A stretch of DNA of 64,000 bases. Origin: Candidatus Heimdallarchaeota archaeon. Its GTDB lineage: Archaea > Asgardarchaeota > Heimdallarchaeia > JABLTI01. The stretch is taken from positions 1 through 64,000 of the forward strand of contig JAHLVW010000036.1 of the NCBI GenBank assembly GCA_019058275.1, written 5' to 3'. Position numbers and translations under genes: made by a program. Shown in pieces: positions 57,420-64,000 of this stretch (its first letter is position 1; the number at the start of each line of letters is the position of its first letter). The notes beneath the pieces were generated by a model. The model was not told the DNA's origin, did not search any database, and saw nothing but the letters and a program-made list of their open reading frames with translations.

Positions 57420-58556
57420 CTAATTATCTGCCCAGACTGAGTATAATTGAGCAAGTTGATCAGTAATAGTATCATTGAATAACAAAACTTGTCCTGCGAA
57501 TCTAGAGGGAGGACCAGTTCCTACTTTCATCATTATAAGGTTTAATCCATGATTTAAGGTAACAGAATTCTTTGTATACCATATTTCCTTTCTATTGCCT
57601 TGAAGAATGTATTCACCATTGAACCATACTTTGAAATTTTTCTCACCATTAGCTCCAACATTAACTGTGAGTGAATCACTACTTGGATTATAAATGTAAG
57701 ACCACATGTAGACTAATCCCCTTTCACCCCATTCTAAATCATCATGAGTATCCCAATTCCCAGCTTTTGTAAATGCTATTAAACCAGGTCTAGCACCACT
57801 GTCATTATAAGGCATTATTTTATGATTACTTTGTAGGCCAATGTTACCTTGTGTGAATGTATTAGTGTCAAGAAGATTTGGAAGATAATCTTGTTCACTA
57901 CCATAACCACATAGATCTATGTAATCAATAGAGATATCAGGTGTCCTAGTATTATCTTCGAATTCACCTAGTAAAAACCAAAGGTTGGGTGAAAATCCTA
58001 CAGTTGTTGGGAAATTACTCTTACCATAAGCATCATCTGATGATGTTCTTCTTACCAAATAGTCATGATAATAATATGGTATGCCATCAGAATAATTGCC
58101 AGAATTTGCTGATGGAAGTGTTGCAACAAAACCAGAGGAGATAAAATCATCATCTTCAAATCTAACTTGAACTCTAAAAACAACAAATGGTTGAATTTCT
58201 TCAGAACTACCAAGTGCAAATAAATTTATATCATCAATTTCACTTATACCGACTTTTCTGTCAAGTGTATACCAAAGTAATGTTTCATTATTTTGCAGAA
58301 TCGCAACACTTTCGATATCTGCGTCATTCATACCTTTATTCATCAAAGGTATAGAAACAGTGTCAAACAAACCATTTCTATCAAAATCTTCAACTTCAAT
58401 TTCTCCAGCTTGATAAATATCTGACTTTAATCTAAGATAACTCATTGTAATGCCAACAACAATTCCTGCAGCAATAACAGTTATACCAATCAAAAATACA
58501 GTAGCTATAACATTAGATACTGCTTTTTTATTTGGTAAAATGGATCTAAAATTCAT
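57420..58556 (-). CDS. large archaeal type IV pilin/adhesin with class III signal peptide
   Basis: KKA|VSNVIATVFLIGITVIAAGIV; C-terminal PA14-like KVWFNGE...VTLNHGLNLIMMKV. Confidence 0.8.
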   Translation of the reverse strand: MNFRSILPNKKAVSNVIATVFLIGITVIAAGIVVGITMSYLRLKSDIYQAGEIEVEDFDRNGLFDTVSIPLMNKGMNDADIESVAILQNNETLLWYTLDRKVGISEIDDINLFALGSSEEIQPFVVFRVQVRFEDDDFISSGFVATLPSANSGNYSDGIPYYYHDYLVRRTSSDDAYGKSNFPTTVGFSPNLWFLLGEFEDNTRTPDISIDYIDLCGYGSEQDYLPNLLDTNTFTQGNIGLQSNHKIMPYNDSGARPGLIAFTKAGNWDTHDDLEWGERGLVYMWSYIYNPSSDSLTVNVGANGEKNFKVWFNGEYILQGNRKEIWYTKNSVTLNHGLNLIMMKVGTGPPSRFAGQVLLFNDTITDQLAQLYSVWADN

Positions 58557-58793
58557 TATATCTAACCACCACTATAGTTCAATTATGTAAACTTTAGATT
58601 TATAATTTATCGGAAATTTATCCGCAGATATAGTAAATTTCTCATTATATGATAATGAAAAGAATAGAATTTTTGTATAAATAGAATGTAATAAGTTATT
58701 AAGAATGACGTCTTTTTCATATAAAGCTAACTAATTTCTAGACTATAATTAATTCTTTTATTATAGTAATTCAGCTTTTTATTTGTGGTTTAA

Positions 58794-59642
58794 ATGATAT
58801 TTGAAAAATTGAATGAAAATATCTATCTATTTATAGATGAATCATTTTATGATACAATAGCTGGAGCAATTGTTTTACCTAACAAGCTCATAATGATAGA
58901 TTCAGGTATGCATGTACCAAAGATGCAGCAATTTAGAGAGTGGGTTGAGAAGGATACAGGAAAGAAATTCGAATATCTAGTTCTTACACATTATCATGGC
59001 GACCACCTGATAGGTAATCAAATATTTTCAGATTGTAAGATTATTGCTGATGAATTCATCCATGAATATATGAAGGGAATGAAAGAACGATGGACACTAG
59101 AGGAAATTGAAAAAGCAAAAGAACGTTCTACAGATCCAACATCTCTTGATGGTTTGGTTATTACATTACCAAATGTTAAATTGAATGATTATATGGAAAT
59201 TACTGATGATAATGTCAAGGTTATAATCAAAAAAACTGGTGGCCATACAGAAGATTCAACCTATGTTTACTGTCCTAATTATAAAGTTCTTTTTGCTGGA
59301 GACAACCTATTTGCTGGGCAATATCCATATGGTGGAGCTGATACATGCAATCCAGATATTTGGATGAAAACCTACAAAGAATTTCTATCGTTGGATGTTG
59401 AATGGTTTATCCCTGGACACAGCAGAGATTGGTCTAATAAAGCTGTAAAAGAAACACTTGATTTCATGAAAGATATGAAAGAACAAGTACTAGAATTACA
59501 CGATAAAGGAAAAACTGAGGAAGAAATCCTAAACAAAATTGATAAAATTAAATTCTACTATTACGATAAAGACAATCAACATGATTTAAACCTAAAAGCT
59601 TCCACTCTAAAAAGATGGTATGATGTGTGGATAAAAAAGTAG
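58794..59642 (+). CDS. MBL-fold metallo-hydrolase
   Basis: THYHGDH, GGHT, FAGDNLF, IPGH. Confidence 0.9.
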   Translation: MIFEKLNENIYLFIDESFYDTIAGAIVLPNKLIMIDSGMHVPKMQQFREWVEKDTGKKFEYLVLTHYHGDHLIGNQIFSDCKIIADEFIHEYMKGMKERWTLEEIEKAKERSTDPTSLDGLVITLPNVKLNDYMEITDDNVKVIIKKTGGHTEDSTYVYCPNYKVLFAGDNLFAGQYPYGGADTCNPDIWMKTYKEFLSLDVEWFIPGHSRDWSNKAVKETLDFMKDMKEQVLELHDKGKTEEEILNKIDKIKFYYYDKDNQHDLNLKASTLKRWYDVWIKK

Positions 59643-59782
59643 TGAACAATGAAACTAATTCTATGAAACAAGACAATAGAAGTAGTTTTTCTTAGGAAAT
59701 TATTAAATTTGAATCACCTTAATTGATGTGTATTATTTGATGGAATATAGATTTTATATATTAGAGAATGTGAGGTAAGAAC

Positions 59783-60613
59783 ATGTCTTATGAAAAAGTT
59801 GCTGAAAATGTTTATGCGATAACAGATGGAAGTACTAGAGGTAATATTGCTGCATTTGTCCTTCCGTCACAAATTGTCTTTATTGATTCTGGAATGTATC
59901 TACCATTAATAAAGGAATTTAGAGAAAAGTTAGAAGAAGAAATTGGTAGGAAAACATCTGCTTTAGTTATAACCCACCCTCATGGGGATCACATCTATGG
60001 TACCAAGGTTTTTTCTGATTGTCGAATCATCTCATCAAAGGAAACTTCAGATAGGATTCGTCAAAGTAGAAAAGATTTAACACCTGAAAAAATTGAAGAA
60101 ATGAAGAAAAATGCTGAAGATCCAAGCCTTTTTGATGGTCTTGAGATTCTTATCCCAACAGAGACTTTTGAACACAGACTAGTAATCGAGGATTTTGATG
60201 AACAATTGATTATTAAAAGAACTGGTGGTCACACAGAGGGTTCATCTTATATCTACTATCCAAAGGCTAAAGCATTAATGGCTGGTGATAATTTATTTAT
60301 TAATAGTTTTCCTTGGGCAGGTGATCCAACTGCAAATCCTCAAAAATGGATAGATACTTTCAAAGAATATCTCTCTTTAGATGTTGATTTCTTTATTCCA
60401 GGTCATGGTCCTGTAAGTGGAAAAAAAAAAGTTCAGGAATATTTAGATTATTTTGAAAAAGTAATCGTTCTAATGCGTAAGTTAATCACTGAGGGTTACT
60501 CTGAGGTAAAAGTCATTGAAAGAGCCAATGAACTTGAATTTTATCCACCTCGACAAGAACAATGGAAGGATCTTTCCTTAAAGAAATGGTATCAATTTCT
60601 TACTACAAAATAA
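59783..60613 (+). CDS. MBL-fold metallo-hydrolase (tandem paralog)
   Basis: THPHGDH, GGHT, AGDNLF, IPGHG. Confidence 0.9.
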   Translation: MSYEKVAENVYAITDGSTRGNIAAFVLPSQIVFIDSGMYLPLIKEFREKLEEEIGRKTSALVITHPHGDHIYGTKVFSDCRIISSKETSDRIRQSRKDLTPEKIEEMKKNAEDPSLFDGLEILIPTETFEHRLVIEDFDEQLIIKRTGGHTEGSSYIYYPKAKALMAGDNLFINSFPWAGDPTANPQKWIDTFKEYLSLDVDFFIPGHGPVSGKKKVQEYLDYFEKVIVLMRKLITEGYSEVKVIERANELEFYPPRQEQWKDLSLKKWYQFLTTK

Positions 60614-60649
60614 TCTTTTCATTTTCCTTTTCTCTTTATCATTTCACAT

Positions 60650-60823
60650 TTTTATCCGAAGGTATATGAAATAGTCAAAAGGAATCTTGATAAATACCAG
60701 AAATATTTAAGTCACTCAAAGGTAGTAGTGATTGAAGGTTCTGTTCATGCATATACTTGCTTACTAAAACCAAAAGAATTTAGTGAGACTGTTTTAGAAT
60801 TCATAAAAGATGTAAAGGGATGA
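60650..60823 (+). pseudogene. C-terminal remnant of an alpha/beta-hydrolase
   Basis: Frame without a plausible start: ...SKVVVIEGSVHAYTCLLKPKEFSETVLEFIKDVKG-stop. Confidence 0.55.
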
Positions 60824-60835
60824 TAAACAATCCTT

Positions 60836-62440
60836 TTATTCAACAAATTTTCCATTAAGAGGAACTTTATCGACCATTGAAATTTGTAATTCAGTATTGT
60901 AAAGCGAATCAGATTTTTTAGTATGGTCTATGGAATAATGAACTCCTCTACTTTCTCTTCTACCTCTAGCACATCTAATAATCAGTTCAGCTACTTGTGC
61001 TAAGTTTCTCAAATCTAGTAAGTGAGGATGTATTTTGAAATCCCAGTAAAATTGATTGATTTCTTTCATAACTACTTCTAATCTGTTAGCTGCCCGAATT
61101 AAACGGTTGTCTGATCTCACAATTCCAACGTAATTCCACATAAATCGACGAATCTCATCCCAGTTTTGTTTAACGATAACCATTTCATCAGGATCTTCTG
61201 CCATTCCTGGATCCCAATAGGGGAAAGGTTGTTTTGTAGGTGCACCAGTATTCATACAAAGAATAGCTCCAAATTTAGCTGCCTTGTTAGCACATACAAG
61301 AGCTTCCAGCAAGGAATTACTAGCTAAACGATTTGCTCCATGGAAGCCTGTGCAAGAAACCTCGCCAATAGCAAGTAGATTCTTGACATTGGTTTGACCT
61401 GTAGTTGTAGCTTTAACTCCACCTATTAAGTAATGTGCTGCTGGAACAACGGGAATAGGCTGAACAGTGATATCTATACCGTAAGTTAAACATCTTTCAT
61501 ATATCGTTGGAAATCTGTCTTTTACAAAACTAGGATTTTTATGAGTTATATCGAGAAAAACACAATCTTCACCAGTTGTTTTTAGCTCAGCATCAATAGA
61601 TCTACTTACAATATCTCGAGGTGCTAGTTCTTTCTTTGGATGATACTTTGACATAAAACGTTTACCATTTTTATCGATTAGCTTTGCTCCCTCTCCTCTC
61701 ATTGCTTCAGTGATAAGGAAAGCTTTTGCATGTGGATGATATAAACTCGTTGGATGAAATTGCGTGAACTCCATGTTGATTATTTTAGCTCCAGCACGAT
61801 AAGCCATGGCAATACCATCACCAGTACAAACATCAGGATTACTAGTGACCAGAAAAACTTTCCCAGCTCCACCTGTTGCTAGAGTAGTTATAGTTGCTTG
61901 AAAATTATTTATCTGATTGGATTTTTTATCAAGTGCGTATGCTCCTATGCAAACATTGTTGTCCACAAATAAGTTGATTGCTACATGATTTTCGAAAATA
62001 TTGATATTAGACTCTTTTTTAACAGCATCAACTAGTTTAGTTTCAATTTCGTAACCAGTTCTATCTTCTGCATGCAGCACTCTTCTTTTTGTATGTCCAC
62101 CTTCTAATCCTAAATCTATTTCACCATTATTTCTTGAGAAATTTACACCATAATTATTAATAAGCTCACGAACTAATCGAGGTCCTTCTGAGCAAATTTC
62201 TTCAGCAACATCCTTACGACATAAACCAGCTCCTGCATTTACAGTATCTTTTACATGATCCTTAATTGAATCCTTTTCATCTAATACTGCTGCAATTCCT
62301 CCTTGAGCATAAAACGTTGCTCCTTCTGTTATTTCATCCTTGCTCAGTAATGAAACAGTTCCATACTCCGAAGCTTTCAAAGCGAAAATAAGACCACTTA
62401 ATCCGCTGCCAATAACCAAGAAATCTGTTGAAATCCTCAA
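60836..62440 (-). CDS. nadB: L-aspartate oxidase
   Basis: IGSGLSG, AQGGIAA, EGGHTKRRVLH, QFHPT, ELAPRD, HGANRLASNSLLE, ESRGVHY. Confidence 0.95.
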   Translation of the reverse strand: MRISTDFLVIGSGLSGLIFALKASEYGTVSLLSKDEITEGATFYAQGGIAAVLDEKDSIKDHVKDTVNAGAGLCRKDVAEEICSEGPRLVRELINNYGVNFSRNNGEIDLGLEGGHTKRRVLHAEDRTGYEIETKLVDAVKKESNINIFENHVAINLFVDNNVCIGAYALDKKSNQINNFQATITTLATGGAGKVFLVTSNPDVCTGDGIAMAYRAGAKIINMEFTQFHPTSLYHPHAKAFLITEAMRGEGAKLIDKNGKRFMSKYHPKKELAPRDIVSRSIDAELKTTGEDCVFLDITHKNPSFVKDRFPTIYERCLTYGIDITVQPIPVVPAAHYLIGGVKATTTGQTNVKNLLAIGEVSCTGFHGANRLASNSLLEALVCANKAAKFGAILCMNTGAPTKQPFPYWDPGMAEDPDEMVIVKQNWDEIRRFMWNYVGIVRSDNRLIRAANRLEVVMKEINQFYWDFKIHPHLLDLRNLAQVAELIIRCARGRRESRGVHYSIDHTKKSDSLYNTELQISMVDKVPLNGKFVE

Positions 62441-62479
62441 TTAGAGACCTCTTTTTGATAATCTTCTACGACTTTATGA

Positions 62480-62544
62480 TTTCCTTCTTTAAATGTTTGT
62501 ATGAATAGCTTACGTTTAAATGAATGTCCTTTCCTTCTTTAAAT
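62480..62544 (-). repeat. 15-bp direct repeat upstream of nadB
   Basis: TTTCCTTCTTTAAAT at 62480-62494 and 62530-62544. Confidence 0.7.
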
Positions 62545-62567
62545 CTTCCATTACGAATACAAGATGA

Positions 62568-63302
62568 TTAATCAATTACCGGTGATTGATCTTGATCTAT
62601 TGGATCTGCCATTCTTGATAGCATACGATATGAACCAAAAGCCTGTATGCCAAAAATAATGATTTCTGTATAAACAATTACTTTCTGACCTAAAACCTGA
62701 ATTAATCGACCTGTAGGTGTGCCTGAAGCTGGACCAGCATAAAGTATTATCAAATATCCCAATAATATCAATGTAAAGATAGCATAAATCCAACCGAAGA
62801 AGTTTCTATAATCTTTGTCATGAAATATAGCAATCATATACAAAATTGTTGAAACAATAGAACCAGTGAAGGCTGTATATACAAAATTCGTATGCCAAGT
62901 AAGATATGTGGAGTTTATGTCGTATGACAAATAACCAATTCCCATATAGGCAATTGCACAAATTACTCCATTTATCGTACCAATAATCGATAACCACTTT
63001 GATATCTTATTATTCTCAAAGAATGTAGCAAAGATAATGAAATAAGAAACTAGCATTACACCAACCAATGTTAATGCAGTAGTAAGCAAACTTCTCGAGA
63101 CAATATTGGTTTCACCTAAGAATGTATTTATTCTTCCTAAATCACTAAAATAGTTATCAATGAAGCTATAGCCAATTGTGTTGGGATCATTATACGTTCC
63201 ACCAGGATAAAATACCATAGCTAGAACTGTTAAAATTAAGAATAATACACAGCTAATCAAAGTTACTAAGACAAACCCTTTTTTGGTTTTAAGCCAGTAC
63301 AA
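62568..63302 (-). CDS. DUF998-like multi-pass membrane protein
   Basis: YPGG, NYFSDLG, six TM segments, QKVIVY. Confidence 0.65.
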   Translation of the reverse strand: MYWLKTKKGFVLVTLISCVLFLILTVLAMVFYPGGTYNDPNTIGYSFIDNYFSDLGRINTFLGETNIVSRSLLTTALTLVGVMLVSYFIIFATFFENNKISKWLSIIGTINGVICAIAYMGIGYLSYDINSTYLTWHTNFVYTAFTGSIVSTILYMIAIFHDKDYRNFFGWIYAIFTLILLGYLIILYAGPASGTPTGRLIQVLGQKVIVYTEIIIFGIQAFGSYRMLSRMADPIDQDQSPVID

Positions 63303-63373
63303 ATAATTACCTCAATAAATGCATATAATAAATTATGATAGTTTACACTTATAGCAGATAATTTATGATTTAT

Positions 63374-64000
63374 TTATAATTTCCTTATCATTTTTGTGAA
63401 AATCGTTTGCACGGACTCAAGATGTTGTTTGTTTCTCCAGAGAGGTAAAGATATGAAGAAAAGATTAGTATCGGATAATTTCAAAGGTTCCTCAATTGAT
63501 AATTTCATAAGTTCATTAATCTTACTAGATTTAATTTTATTTTTAAATTGCTTGCAATTTTTCAAACAATATAATGCTTGTTCACCCATTATGACGATAG
63601 TATTTGGTTTAGTATTTTCAATTTCCTTCTCGAGAAAATAAGCACAGTTTTTGACAGTTTTATTACGAATTATTTTGTTATTGAATCTTTCCACACGACA
63701 TTTGATTGCAGTTGTGTAATAGTAGGATTTATTCTTGAACAATGTCAATTTATCTTTCTTAGCTATTTTGTTATTAATATTTAACAACCAAAAAAGATTC
63801 CATGATAAAGTTCCTAAAAGTGGTGATGGCGCTCCAAAAATTTTTTGAGACTCACACCAATTATAGAAATAACTGTCATTGATTATATTGCTTTTTTTGT
63901 TATGAAAAGGCGGAGATTCGCTTACAAATAAAACACTGGTTTTTTCAGGAATCCATGAAGTAGAATCATACACTACACTTGGCTTTGAATTTGTATGAAT
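63374..64000 (-). CDS. uracil-DNA glycosylase superfamily protein (5' end probably outside the window)
   Basis: LFVSESPP, TAIKC, NCAYFLEKEI, IVIMGEQA; frame open to 64000. Confidence 0.65.
   Translation of the reverse strand: MHTNSKPSVVYDSTSWIPEKTSVLFVSESPPFHNKKSNIINDSYFYNWCESQKIFGAPSPLLGTLSWNLFWLLNINNKIAKKDKLTLFKNKSYYYTTAIKCRVERFNNKIIRNKTVKNCAYFLEKEIENTKPNTIVIMGEQALYCLKNCKQFKNKIKSSKINELMKLSIEEPLKLSDTNLFFISLPLWRNKQHLESVQTIFTKMIRKL

Noticed and set aside
1-64000. CRISPR arrays, IS elements, integrases, rRNA, tRNA
   Set aside because: No spaced repeat arrays, transposase or integrase motifs, or structural RNA signatures of these types seen by eye

Overview
Low-GC archaeal chromosome segment. 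An Asgard (Heimdallarchaeia-like) source is inferred from gene content: rpl15e, rpl34e, rpl38e, Rpp30/Pop5, Get3-like ATPase, EMC3/TMCO1, TRAP-beta-like and CdvA-like proteins. Most of it is housekeeping: CinA-like protein, Trm5, HypC, RNase P RNA, sucCD, pyrBI, a serC-like/serA-like/DUF1015 operon, a type IV pilus ATPase and membrane protein, bpsA-speD and nadB. The standout is an ~18.5 kb apparently self-sufficient fatty-acid/polyketide locus (36872-55360). It contains a biotin ligase, an alpha/beta-hydrolase, a three-subunit acyl-CoA carboxylase around a divergent promoter with repeated palindromic sites, a 3581-aa single-chain megasynthase and two putative regulators. The megasynthase order is ER(pseudo)-ER-KS-AT-KS-ACP-ACP-KR-DH-PPTase. 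Both ACPs carry Thr instead of the canonical Ser at the phosphopantetheine site, and both KS domains keep a full Cys-His-His triad. Items missed by or not evident from the ORF track: a double-guide box C/D sRNA predicted to direct P-loop Gm2251, an RNase P RNA with a eukaryote-like P4, an Rpp30-Pop5 fusion, an AdoMet decarboxylase with Thr at its self-cleavage site, a candidate C-rich sRNA, a 52-aa zinc-ribbon protein and several broken genes. I saw no tRNA, rRNA, CRISPR array or IS element. All calls come from motif recognition by eye; no searches were run.
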